A stretch of DNA of 63,885 bases, filler included, from Octopus bimaculoides (GCF_001194135.2; 6 parts of 6 records of this genome joined end to end with filler, not necessarily neighbours in it), one strand, 5' to 3'. Shown: positions 28,478 to 40,021, counted from the first letter of the whole stretch. Notes: generated by a model not told the origin, from the letters alone. Translations and numbers: made by a program.

Positions 28478-29010
28478 TATCAATATTCATTTCTATTCTA
28501 AGTACAAGGCACGAAATTTTGGGGGAGAGGGCAGTCGATTAGATCGACCTTAGTACGCAACTGGTACTTAATTTATCGACCCCGAAAGGATGAAAGACAA
28601 AGTCTACCTCGGCGGAATTTGAACTCAGAACAAAAAGACAGACGAAATACCGCTAAGCGTTTCTCCCGGCATGCTAAAGTTTCTGCCAGATCGAGGTCTT
28701 AATGATTATATCAATATTCTTTTCTGCTCTAGGCAAAAGGCCCGAAATTTTGGGGGAGTGGGAAGTCGATTAGATCGACCCCAGTACGCAACTGGTACTT
28801 AATTTACCGACCCCGAAAGGATGAAAGGCAAAGTCTACCTCGGCGGAATTTGAACTCAGACGAAATACCGCTAAGCGTTTCTCCCGGCATGCTAAAGTTT
28901 CTGCTAGCTCGGGGCCTTAATGAATATATCAATATTCTTTTCTGATTTAGGCACAATGCCCGAAATTTTTGGGGAGAGGGCAGCCGATTAGATCGAACCC
29001 AGTACGTTGA
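28478..29010 (-). mobile_element. Three head-to-tail SINE C copies
   Basis: Units begin at about 28478, 28709 and 28928, each preceded by AATGANTATATCAATA. The third copy is truncated. Confidence 0.85.
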
Positions 29011-29283
29011 AATACACAGAAAAACAAAATCGAGGACAGGTGTATAAACAACAACCAGGTGTTTTAACTTGAAGCTCGGGAATGTGAGAAAGTCTTTTAC
29101 GTTTCGAGCTTACGCCCTTCAACAGAAAGAAACACGAGGAAATAAACAGAAAGAAAAGAAAAAGAACTAGTGGCGTTAGTGGTCAGTCATGGCGACTGGT
29201 TGGACAAAGGTAATTAGACAGGAGAGCTAGGAAGAAGGGGAGATAATAAAGTATGGAGAGAGTCAAGCAGACAGACAAGCCAC

Positions 29284-29342
<59 letters not shown>

Positions 29343-30699
29343 TAATTTATATTCCTAATTGCAATGAGTTGTTCAGCATCCTGATATGTCAGTTTATTTA
29401 ATACTTCCCAAACTAATATAATGCTTGTTTATTTACTTATTTACATTAGTATTAATGATGCAACGATTTCTCATTACTAACGTCAGTTGGAAACAAAATT
29501 GGTATCTCATATAAATACGAATATTTATTTGGAAACATCAAATCTATCCTCATTAAAATAGTGGATATTTAGCGTAATTTTCTCTCTGGAATAATCTCAT
29601 AAATTCTAATTTGCAATTTAATATTAAAGAGTCATCTGCGTTCATCTCTACAGAATCACACTTGTTTAACTTTTATTAATTTTATTTCCCTCATTAGACA
29701 ATTTTCCTCCCACACTCTCATCCTTCTTTACGCTGTGTATGAGGATGGGGATTATGAAGCTGCATTTCCCAAAACAGGCGACTGGAAAGGTTTCTTGGTA
29801 TTCCCATTACACGTGTTTCATTTACTAAAATGTTTTAAGAAATTGTACCTGTAGTGAAACACATAAGATATCTTCCATTAGAAATGTTTCAGATAGGAAA
29901 TCAAATATTTCTTGTACACCTATCTACGTAACATCTGTATGTATGTACGTATATACGTACGTATGTATGCATGTATGTATATATATATATATATNNNNNN
30001 NNNNNNNNNNNNNNNNNNNNNNNNNNNNNNNNNNNNNNTTAATTAATTAANNNNNNNNNNNNNNNNNNNNNNNNNNNNNNNNNNNNNNNNNNNNTATATA
30101 TATATATATATATATATGTTCATATATATATGTTCATATAATGATATCTACCAAATGTATTGGTAAGATAAAACATGTAATTGTTACCAAAATATCAAAA
30201 ATTCGTCCACAAAGGTCTATAGTAAACTTCTTATGAATCGATTTCCTTGGTTATATATCAAAAAATTAAATAAGAGCTTTGACTCGAATATCCATATATA
30301 TTAAAGTTTATTACCTATGTAATAGGAGTTAAAATGCCTTTTCTGCTACCATAAAGATCTCCCAGACAGTAACACACTTTTTTATGTGGTCAAAATGAAA
30401 AAATAACAAATCCGCATGACTCAGATTAGCTACATACACATTTCGAGATTAAAGTAAAGTTATATTTACTTACTTATTTCTCATCTTCAGTGCAGCATTT
30501 CAAGATATAAATTTGAGAGTGTTAGGATTAAATATGTATGCGATCATGCGTCATCGCATAACCGATATTCAAGCAACACTGAAAATATACAGCCAAATGT
30601 GAACACATATTTATCCTCAATACCCACGTGCGTGTTACGAGTAATGCTGCAGAAACTGCAGATTTTGATCAGGGAGTAAATTATATTTCAATAATAATA

Positions 30700-30962
30700 A
30701 AAGGGTAAAATTAATTAATTAATTAATAAATAATTTTACCAAGTAGTTTGGTACGTTAAAATAACCTATTTAGGTAAAATTATACAAATATTCTATAAAT
30801 ATAAACGCAATTATAATCAGGGGTCCGGTAACTGGTTTCCCACGCACCAAATTTAGAAATAGAAGCTAAAATGCCTTTTCTGCTACCAGAAGGATCTCCC
30901 AGACAGTAACAATTAACTAACCCCTGATTATAATTATGTTTATAATTATAGAATATTTGTGT
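30700..30962. mobile_element. Palindromic MITE (same family as 10945)
   Basis: 40-bp inverted repeat ACAAATATTCTATA...ATAATCAGGGG at about 30785-30822 and 30921-30960, with internal AAATTTAGAAATAG. Confidence 0.65.
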
Positions 30963-31144
30963 GTGTACTTAACTTCATAGGCTGATATTATAACTTAACA
31001 ACACTTCTCACTTACTCTGCTTTCTAATGGTTTCAAGACCGATATGCTATTGATGTTTCATGTCTTTTCAACTTGTTTATACACATGTAATCTTAGGACA
31101 ACTATGAATGTTGTCTGTTTTTTACTGTCTGTTATGAATTAATC

Positions 31145-31226
31145 TGACCCTGAAGAGATACAATATTCCATATTTTATAATATGCATGAGTTAGTCTGGA
31201 TATTGCATCGAAATGATCATAGGTCA
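31145..31226 (+). ncRNA. Canonical type I hammerhead ribozyme
   Basis: TGACC-CTGAAGA-GATACAATATTCC...GGATATTGCATC-GAAA-TGATCA-T-A-GGTCA. Stem I has 5 bp, stem II has about 12 bp, helix III is the palindrome ATGATCAT and the triplet is AUA. AATAAA follows. Confidence 0.8.
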
Positions 31227-31739
31227 TAATAAAGTTTTTACAATAGATCATCTTTTAGCTCTTATTTAAATTGATATACATACAAAATTGTACGATTAAC
31301 AACCTTACATGTGAGAATTTTGCTATTGTATCTGATAACAGATATATATATATACACATATACATACATACATACATATANNNNNNNNNNNNNNNNNNNN
31401 NNNNNNNNNNNNNNNNNNNNNNNNNNNNNNNNNNNNNNNNNNNNNNNNNNNNNNNNNNNNNNNNNNNNNNNNNNNNNNNNNNNNNNNNNNNNNNNNNNNN
31501 NNNNNNNNNNNNNNTGGACCTCTGTTTACTCATTAAAACATTGAGCGTGCTTTCTATATGGGAACACAAAACTGTCACTTATAAATCATGTGTTCATTTA
31601 CATTTTTGAAGATAATCGTCAGTTTCCGTAAAAAAATTTTATTTTTTTAATATGGGGTTGAGTGGAGAGGGGATCTTTTGAAGTCAGCGTGAAAGCTAAA
31701 GAGGGAGAGATAGCGCGATTGTATGAGTGAAGTTCTTTT

Positions 31740-32405
31740 GAATTCACTTTTTGTAGTGAGTGATAGATAGAGAAAAAGCGAGCGAGAGAGAGAGGTTATG
31801 TATGTATGAATGGCTTCAGTGATACACACACACATGCATGCAGGTTGTTATGTATGTATGTATGTATGTATGTATACATAGTTGTATGTATCTATCTGTG
31901 GCCGAGAGAGAGTTAACTGAAATTTTTTATTCACTTTTTGTAGTGAGTGAATGTGTGAATGATAGACAAAGAAAAAGCGAAAGAGAGAGAGGTTATGTAT
32001 GTACGAATGGTTTCAGTGACACACACACACACATGCATGCAGATTGTTATGTATGTATGTATGTATGTATGTATATATAGATGTATGTATCTATCTGTGG
32101 CGAAGAGAGAGTTAACTGAAATTTTTTATTCACTTTTTGTAGTGAGTGAATGTGTGAGTGATAGACAAAGAAAAAGCGAAAGAGAGAGAGGTTATGTATG
32201 TATGAATGGTTTCAGTGACACACACACACACATGCATGCAGATTGTTATGTATGTATGTATGTATGTATACATAGTTGTATGTATCTATCTATGGCCGAG
32301 AGAGAGTTAACTGAAATTTTTTTATTCACTTTTTGTAGTGAGTGAATGTGTAAGTGACTGACAGAGAAAAGGAGAGAGAGGTTATGTATGTATGAATGGC
32401 TTTGG
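31740..32405. repeat. Minisatellite, about 195-bp unit, about 3.4 copies
   Basis: TTCACTTTTTGTAGTGAGTG recurs at 31743, 31930, 32129 and 32325. Confidence 0.9.
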
Positions 32406-32992
32406 TTGACTGTCATCCTGTACTCCCCTTGTTGCTAGCGAAATGGTATATGCCGGCTGTGTGAGCAACTGGTTGTTTTAATGGTGGGGGAATTCCATTC
32501 GAAAAAGTTTTAATCGATTTTCTCGTTAACAATGGGGGCTAGGAAAAAATACAAACTGCATTCCAATTTTTGCACCTGTCTCCACATGTTTGCCATTTTT
32601 CACTCGAATCCACAATCGCCGATAATACACCTTGTTTGTTGTTTCCTCACCTGTCTCTGTCTTGTTTTTTTCTGCATTTGAACTCTGTGTGTGCACGTGC
32701 ATATGTACATGCACACACATGTTTATGAATGTGTGTATACGTTCATGTGTGTGTGTTTATATATATATGTATGTATTTTATGGTACTGAAAAGGTAGAAA
32801 ATCAGAGTATTTTCAGTGCAGCACTTGACCTGAGTTCAAGGCTATCTACACTCTTGAAGTGAAGTCTCAGTGGAAGATTGAAATTCTGCTGGGGTAGAAA
32901 ATCCAGATATCCTACCAGTAAATCAAATGTGTGTCTCTAGCGAAGAGACAATTCAATTAAGAAGACATTAAAAGAGTTTAACATGTATTTAA

Positions 32993-33675
32993 CCCTTTAG
33001 TGTTCAAACTGGCCGTAACCGGCCAAAATTAATTCCCCTTTATTTGTTCAAGCCAGCCATATTCGACTGGTCTACTAAATCGCTAAAAAACTAAACAAAT
33101 CACGTTATTGAATTCTTGTAGCTTTGAGATAATGTGAGATGAAGCCTTTCCCACCTTTATTCAAGTATAAATACTGTGAAATTGTTTAGCCCACTTGGTT
33201 TTTTTAATGTTTGAAGTGTGTACCTTAGTTGTTAAAGAAATGGTGTTAGCAAGTAGCGATTCCGACTTTGAAGTTTTTACTCTTGACGATATAGAAAATA
33301 TAAATGCAAACAAGAGTATTTTGTCTTTGGATGAATTTGATATCAATATCAGTGATTATTCGTCGGACAAGGAAGATTTTGAGAACGAAACTGATGAAAA
33401 TGATATCGTAAACATTCTTGATTTCACAGAAAATACTGGTCCACAACACAATTTACCTCCTGATGCTCAAGCATTGGACTATCTATTTTTATTTTTACTA
33501 GAAAGTTTTTTTGAAAATGTTGCAAAGGAAGCAAACAAATATGCGCAACATTTAATTTTTATTCGTGGAAGAGACAATCCACTATGGCAGCCAAATTATA
33601 CTGCGGAAATGAGAGCGTTTTTCACAATTAATATTATATTTGGTGTTAAACAGGTTCCCCGACTGTGGAACTACA
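32993..33675 (+). mobile_element. piggyBac-like transposon 5' end with transposase N-terminus
   Basis: TTAA (32989-32992) followed by CCCTTTAG. The ORF from ATG 33240 has an acidic N-terminus and GPQHNLPPDAQALDYLFLF...VAKEANKYAQ...W...EMRAFF.INIIFG...P..WNY, the DDE_Tnp_1_7 N-terminal pattern. The catalytic domain is absent. Confidence 0.85.
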
Positions 33676-34199
33676 AAGTAAAGTACATCACTCTGATTCT
33701 GTGCAATCAGTGGATTTAAGGGCATTCAAAGATAAAATATGTCATTCAACTTTTCTATTTTGTTTATTTTTCTGTTCAATTAATATCTATCTCCACAATC
33801 TTCTCACTTGAAAATTCCTCTTTGACTATCAATCCTTCTCTGACAGCCTAGTTGCGGTACCTACTATTTCAGATTGGGTGATTATATCCCCACCCACTTC
33901 CATCCTCAACTATTGATACTCTTTCAATGAGTGTTTGTATGTTGTTGAACTAGCCAGTCTAACAACACATCAAATATTGGTCTGTATGTGGTTGCCTCAT
34001 GATTTAGGATTTATTATAAAACGATGCATTGCATAATCTTATGGATGTTGCATGTCTTTCGTAACTGAATGCATGATGTTATGTCATAACAAAATCTCCT
34101 AATGAAACATATGAAAGAAATTGTTGGATACAGTGCTCATGTGCACTACAACTAAGAAATGAAAAAAGAAAAAAAGGCATCAGATGTATTGTTGGCAGA

Positions 34200-34500
34200 T
34201 TTTAGGAAGCATGGAAGTTTTGAAGGATGTAGTGTTTCCACAGCTAATGACTGATGCTTCAACAATTCTGAACATGAAAAAATGTTTTCAAAAGTTATGG
34301 GTGCTATGTTGTTTCTTGATTTTGTGAGCATGTCCATGAGTGTTTGACATATGAAATGCATCTTCTATTCTCATCTGTTCTATGCTGTCTATATTTCTGT
34401 TCAGCATCACAATGATCTTTCTTGGCAAGCCGAACTGCTGCAGTCTTTCAAATTGCACATTTTTTTTTATTTTTAGAGCATTTGTGTGGTACTGATGCTT
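34200..34500 (-). mobile_element. Degenerate RTE-type reverse transcriptase fragment
   Basis: LQQFGLPRKIIVM...DAFHMSN...IAPITFENIFS resembles L.KFG.P.K.I.M...F.V.NGVKQGCVLAPTLF.IFFS. Confidence 0.4.
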
Positions 34501-34559
34501 CACATACAGCCCAAATTGCACTGAAGATATTTAGAAATACAGTATTGACGTCCCTGGAA

Positions 34560-34962
34560 TTGTAAAATTCAAACCAATTTGGGCCTTGTAACTCATCAAG
34601 GCAACAGTTTCAGTCTGCTTTGTTCCAATCAAAGCGAGTGGTTCGGAGGTGGTGGTGCTTCTTGTTTGTCTATAAGAGATAGATTGGCAATGATCATAGC
34701 ATGATCGGAATAGCCTAGATAACAGTTTCAGGAGTGGCGGTAAAGAATAGGTCCAAAGTGTTGTTATTTCTTGTGGGAGAAGTGATCACTTGAGACTAGT
34801 TTGAATCCAGCACTACATCAAGGAAATCGTCTGTACTTTCCAGCCATCGAAAGTTTCCCAATCAGTTTCAGGGTAGTTGAAGTCATCAGCAATGTCAAAA
34901 TAACTGTTTTCCCAGATGCAGCCCTCAGGGTTTCAAAAAGTTGTGTGTCTTGATGGTAATTT
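34560..34962 (-). mobile_element. CR1/L2-type APE endonuclease C-terminal relic
   Basis: Minus strand: DFNYPETDWE...FLDVVLDSN*SQVITSPTRNNNTLDLFFT...SDHAMI. Confidence 0.7.
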
Positions 34963-34964
34963 TG

Positions 34965-36529
34965 ATGAGTTTCTTATCAGGCAGGTAGTGCATGAAGACA
35001 ATCAGTATTCCTCATACAAGATGAAAAAGGGCCAATTTTTTATCTCAAGCCTTCAAGGACAAGAAGACCGCACTACAAAACTTTTGAACAAACTCAAACA
35101 TTCTCTCCAGCCGAACATGCTTTGATTTTTCTCAAATGAGAAAAATTTCTGGCAAGATCAGATGGTGAACTCACAGAACAAACTTTGGCTTGCCATGTCG
35201 CCATAATATGTATCGAGACTGATAAAAATCAAACATCCAGTCAACATCATGGTGTTTGGTGTGATCACTAGTGATGGTGAGGCTATGCAGTTGAGCGAGA
35301 GACCAACAAAACTCCTTGTAATGCCAAAGATGAACTGGAGGCAAGGATTATGGCAGCATTCACCAACTTAAACAAGGAGAATGTCTCGAAGATTTGCAGG
35401 GGATTCTGAAGTTGTCTGGAGGCCATGGTTGAAGTCAATGGTGATTTTATTGAATAAATTTACTCTTTAGTATTTCAAGATATTTTTATGTAATTTTGGT
35501 AAGACGCATGTGTACGAACAGCCATGCTACATGGCAGTGAAACATGGGCCGTGACTGCTGAGGACATGCGTTAACTTGCAAGGAATGAAGCCAGTATGCT
35601 CCACTGGATGTGTAATGTCAATGTGCATACATGAGAGAGTGTAAGCGCCTTCAAAGAAAAGTTGGACTTAAGAAGCATCAGATGTGGTGTGCAAGAGAAA
35701 CGACTGCGCTGGTATGGTCATGTGGTGCGAATGGATGAGGACAGCTGTGTGGAAAAGTGTCACACGCTAGCAGTTGAGGGAATCTGTGAAAGAGTTAGAC
35801 CTGAGAAGACCTGGGATGAGGTGGTGAAGCACGACCTTCGAACATTGGGCCTCACCAAGGCAATGACTTGTGACCGAGACTTTTGGAAATATGCTGTTAA
35901 GAAGACCCGACAAGCCAAGTGAGACCATAACCTGTGGCCTATGCCAGCGGTGTAACCTGCCTACTTATGCGTACCCGTCTTTGATTGGACACTAAACTTT
36001 GCTTGCAAAGACCTGTTGAGGCAAGTGAAATCACAATCAAAAATCAAATTCCCTGATGTGGCTAATGACAGCACCACCAGTGGAACGTTAAAGCACCATT
36101 CGAGCGTGATCGTTACCAGTGTTGCCTTACTGGCACTTGTGCTAGTTGCACGTGAAAAACAACATTCGTGCGAGGTCGTTGCCAGTGCCACTGGACTGGA
36201 TTCTGTGCAGGTGGTACATTAAAAACACCATATGAGCGTGGCCATCGTGAGTACTGCCTGACTGGCCCTCGTGCTGGTGGCACAAAAAGAGCACCCACTA
36301 CACTCTCACAGTGGTTGGCATTAGGAACGGCATCCAGCTGTAGAAACTCTAGCAGATCAGATTGGAGCCTGGTGCAGCCATCTGGCTTGCCAGTCCTCAG
36401 TCAAACTGTCCAACCCATGCCAGCATGGAAAGTGGATGTTAAACGATGATGATGATTTATTAAAATGAGATGTCAGTGTTATTTTCATTTTTGCATAATT
36501 TAGATGCCAGCTTATTCACCACACCCTAT

Positions 36530-36530
<1 letters not shown>
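34965..36530 (+). mobile_element. maT/DD37D-like Tc1-mariner relic (internally deleted, interrupted by an RTE copy)
   Basis: FLIRQVVHED..YSSYKMKKGQF...KLLNKLKH..QPNML*FFSNEKNF.QDQMVNSQN...KHPVNIMVFGVITSDG, then AVERETNKTPCNAKDELEARIMAAF...NGDFIE*. The terminus ...TTATTCACCACACCCTATA lies at about 36512-36530. Confidence 0.8.
35503..36456 (+). mobile_element. 5'-truncated RTE-clade LINE (ORF2 C-terminus + 3' UTR + (GAT)n tail)
   Basis: DACVRTAMLHGSETWAV...RRLRWYGHVVRMDEDSCV...GRP.KTWDEVV-like motifs, ending in AAACGATGATGATGAT. Confidence 0.9.
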
Positions 36531-36579
<49 letters not shown>

Positions 36580-37550
36580 TGATAGATAGAGGATATGAGG
36601 AGTTTTTGCCAGGATGACTCAAACCAAGTATGCATTCTGAGTGCTCAGATAGTTGTGTCAATAAAATTGCAGTTTGATCAAAAATGGCTAAAGGTGGCTT
36701 CCCTTGGAGTCAGTAGGTATAAGTTAAAAAGTAGTGAGGAAGGCAAACAATTATGCAAGGCAGGACAAGGACATTTAATTTCATTTAGTTCTATCTAAAT
36801 TTAGCTACCTATTGAATGGTAATAATAGTAAAACATAGTCTTATACAGTTGTTTCTGGAATATCCCAGCTATTGGTGCATTGTATCAAGTGAAGACACTA
36901 AATTGGGTACTCTTGTCATCAGAGAGATATAGGTTAGATATTTGTTGTGGTTCATTATGTCTGGGAGGGNNNNNNNNNNNNNGGGAGGGTTCAGTTAAAC
37001 ACAGTTAGATCAGGTCTTCTTTAGGTAGATCCATGATCAGAAAGGATAGTTAGGTAGCACAGCATGGTGAGAGGGGGAAAAGAATTGTTATGCAGTACTC
37101 CATATTAAGGGAAAATGAATGCTAGCAGATCCAAAGTTGTGCAAATATTGAGAGGAAGAATAAAAATATTCTGGTAAGAGAAAAGATAGATAGGTAAGAT
37201 ACATATTGTTCAGTACATTGAGGGGTATTCGGTCCAGTGGTTCCAACATTATATACTGTTCGTACATTGAAGTTATTCAGGTCAGAGAGAAGGGGGAGGA
37301 ATAAACAATACTTTCTGGTATGAGAAAGATAGTTAGATAGATAGATAAGAACATTGTAGTAGATATATACTAAGCAGTATAATGAGGAATATTTTAGTCT
37401 AGGGAAATTAGAGGAAGTGAATGCAAAGGGCTAGTAAATTAGCATTCTCATCCAAAGAAGTTAGGTGGTAAATGTAAGAACTGAAAGATAATGGAAAAAA
37501 ACTGACAGACAAAGGAAAATATTGTTTGCCTGTCCTCACTACTCTAACCG

Positions 37551-37585
<35 letters not shown>

Positions 37586-37654
37586 TACACTTGAGTATGA
37601 TGTGGCATCGTTTTTTTTGGCAAGTTATGAAATTTGAGTTTTTATGATCACATG

Positions 37655-38322
37655 TATGTTGTAGTCTGTGATTTTCTTATGAACAGGAACAAAGAGCCGA
37701 CATGAAATTTTGCATTAAACTTGGGAAGTCTGCTACGGAGACATTGAGCATGCATTGGCAAGCTTACAGCGATGAGGCAATGGATCATACACAATGTTTT
37801 GAGTGGCACAGGTGCTTCGAAATTGGAAGACAATGAGCAACCTGGAAGACCTGCCACGAGTATCACCATCCCCGGAAATGTGTTATTGTGCATCAAGAAG
37901 TCATCCCCCAGGGCCAGACCATCAATCAAGAGTTCTACTGTGATATTTTGAAGTGTTTGAAGCATCTGTGGAGCCTGAAGAATTGGATTCTTCACTGGGC
38001 TTGTCTCACTCATGAGTTTCCGCACCTGCTCTATTCACCAGATTTAGCACCTATGGATTTCCATCTCTTCCCCAAGATGAAAATGCAGCTCTAAGGTTGC
38101 TGTTTTAACACTATTGTTGAGATCCAAAATGAATCGCAGAAGGTCCTTGACTTGCTTATGGAAAATTATTTGGAAGCTGGATTTCAAAAGTGGCAGGAAT
38201 GCAGGGACTGGTGTATTGCTGCAAGGTGACTATTTCAAAGGAGATGATGTTAAAACTTAGGTAAATAAGTTGTTTCTTTTATTAAACATAGATATTCTTG
38301 GAACCGTTGGATACCTCCTCAT
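37655..38322 (+). mobile_element. mariner (DD34D) transposase relic with 3' TIR
   Basis: EQRA.MKFCIKLGKSATETLSM...QCFEWHR; IPQGQTINQEFYCDIL; YSPDLAPMDFHLFPKMK; QGDYF. It ends GATACCTCCTCAT|TA. Confidence 0.85.
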
Positions 38323-38357
38323 ATATGGGGATAAATTGTATGAGCACTCTGTTATAA

Positions 38358-40021
38358 TCCGAGGAATTCAAGACAGGATGTCCCTGGGAGCTCCTCTATG
38401 CTGATGACCTTGCACTAATTGCTGAGTCACTATCACAACTAGAGGAGAAGTTTCACGTGTGGAAGCAAGAACTAGAATCGAAGTGACTTAGAATCAACCT
38501 AACTAAAACCAAAGTCCTAAGTCGGAAGGTAAAAAAATCACAAACCCCTTCAGGTAGATGGCCCTGCTCGATCTGTAGAAAAGGCGTAGGTAGAAACTCT
38601 ATAAGATGTACCCAGTGCAAGCTATGGACACATACGAGGTGCAGCAATATCAAAGGAAGGTTAACTAGGATGTTAGTTTTTGTATGTGGCAGATGTTCAG
38701 GAGCAGTAAACACTGATAATGTGCAGAAAACAACTTCTGCCACATTCCAGGGAGAAAAACTAGACGTAGTTGATAGCTTCCACTATCTGGGTGACCAAGT
38801 TAGTAATGGAAGAGGGTGCGCTGAAAGTGTAGCTGCTAGAATAAGAATAACCTGGGAAAAGTTCAGAGAGCTCTTACCTCTGCTGGTGACAAAGGGCCTC
38901 TTACTTAGAGTAAAAGGCAGACTGTATGACGCATGTGTACGAACAGCCATGCTACATGGCAGTGAAACATGGGCCGTGACTGCTGAGGACATCCGTAAGC
39001 TCGAAAGGAATGAAGCCAGTATGCTCCGATGGATGTGTAATGTCAGTGCGCATACTTGACAGAGTGTAAGTACCTTGAGAGAAAAGGTGAACCTAAGAAG
39101 CATCAGTTGTGGTGTGCAAGAGAGACGATTGCGCTGGTATGGTCACGTGGCGAGAATGGATGAAGATAGCTGTGTGAAAAAGTGCCACACCCTAGTGGTT
39201 GAGGGAACCTGTAGAAGAGGCAGGCCCAGGAAGACCTGGGATGAGGTGGTGAAGCGCGACCTCCGAACATTGGGCCTCACCGAGGCAATGACTTCTGACC
39301 GAGACCTTTGGAAATATGCTGTGCGTGTGAGGACCCGGCAAGCAAAGTGAGACTAAAATCCAAAGCCTCTGCCAGGGATGTAGCCAACCCACATATGTGT
39401 ACCTTTCCTTCATTGGACACTAAGCTCCGCTTGCGAAGACCTGTTGAGGCAAGTGAAATCAAAATCGAAATCAAACTAAATTCAACGACTGGCCCCCATG
39501 CCAACATCTCCTTCATTGGACACTAAACTCGGCTTGCGAAGACCTGTTGGGGCAAGCGAATGCGAAATCGTGATGGCACCTGTACCAGTGGAGCGCTAAG
39601 AGCACCGTTTGAGCGTGATCGTTACCAGCGTCGCCTTCCTGGCACCTGTGCCGGTGGCATGTGAAAAGTCATTCGAGCGAGATTGTTGCCAGTGCCGCTG
39701 GACTGAGTAAGTGGCATGTAAAATACACTATTTTGAGCGTGGCCGTTGCCAGTACCGCCTGACTGGCCTTTGTGCCGGTGGCACATAAAAGCACCCACTA
39801 CACTCTCGGAATGGTTNNNNNNNNNNGGCCTTTGTGCCGGTGGCACATAAAAGCACCCACTACACTCTCGGAATGGTTGGCGTTAGGAAGGGCATCCAAC
39901 TGTAGAAACTCTGCCAAATCACATTGGAGCCTAATGTAGCCATCTGGTTCACTAGTCCTCAGTCAAATCGTCCAACCCATACTAGCATGGAAAGCGGACG
40001 TTAAACAATGATGATGATGAT
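38358..40021 (+). mobile_element. RTE-clade LINE, 5'-truncated (RT motif YADD, Cys-rich insert, 3' UTR, (GAT)n tail)
   Basis: EEFKTGCPWELLYADDLALIAES...INLTKTKVL...CSIC...CTQC..WTH..C...CGRC...FHYLGD...RRLRWYGHV. It contains stops, so it is a pseudogene. Same family as the 35503 copy. Confidence 0.92.

Noticed and set aside
28478-29010. Regularly spaced repeats as a CRISPR-like array
   Set aside because: The units are about 220-bp SINE copies in eukaryotic DNA, with no unique spacers and no cas genes.
30474-30578. Minus-strand segment bounded by TTTTCAG and GTAAGT (candidate exon)
   Set aside because: It has stops in all three frames. A non-coding exon is possible but unsupported without RNA-seq.
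39766-39878. Direct duplication of about 50 bp either side of a 10-N gap
   Set aside because: This is a typical unmerged contig overlap and so an assembly artefact. The same applies to GGGAGGG around the gap near 36970.
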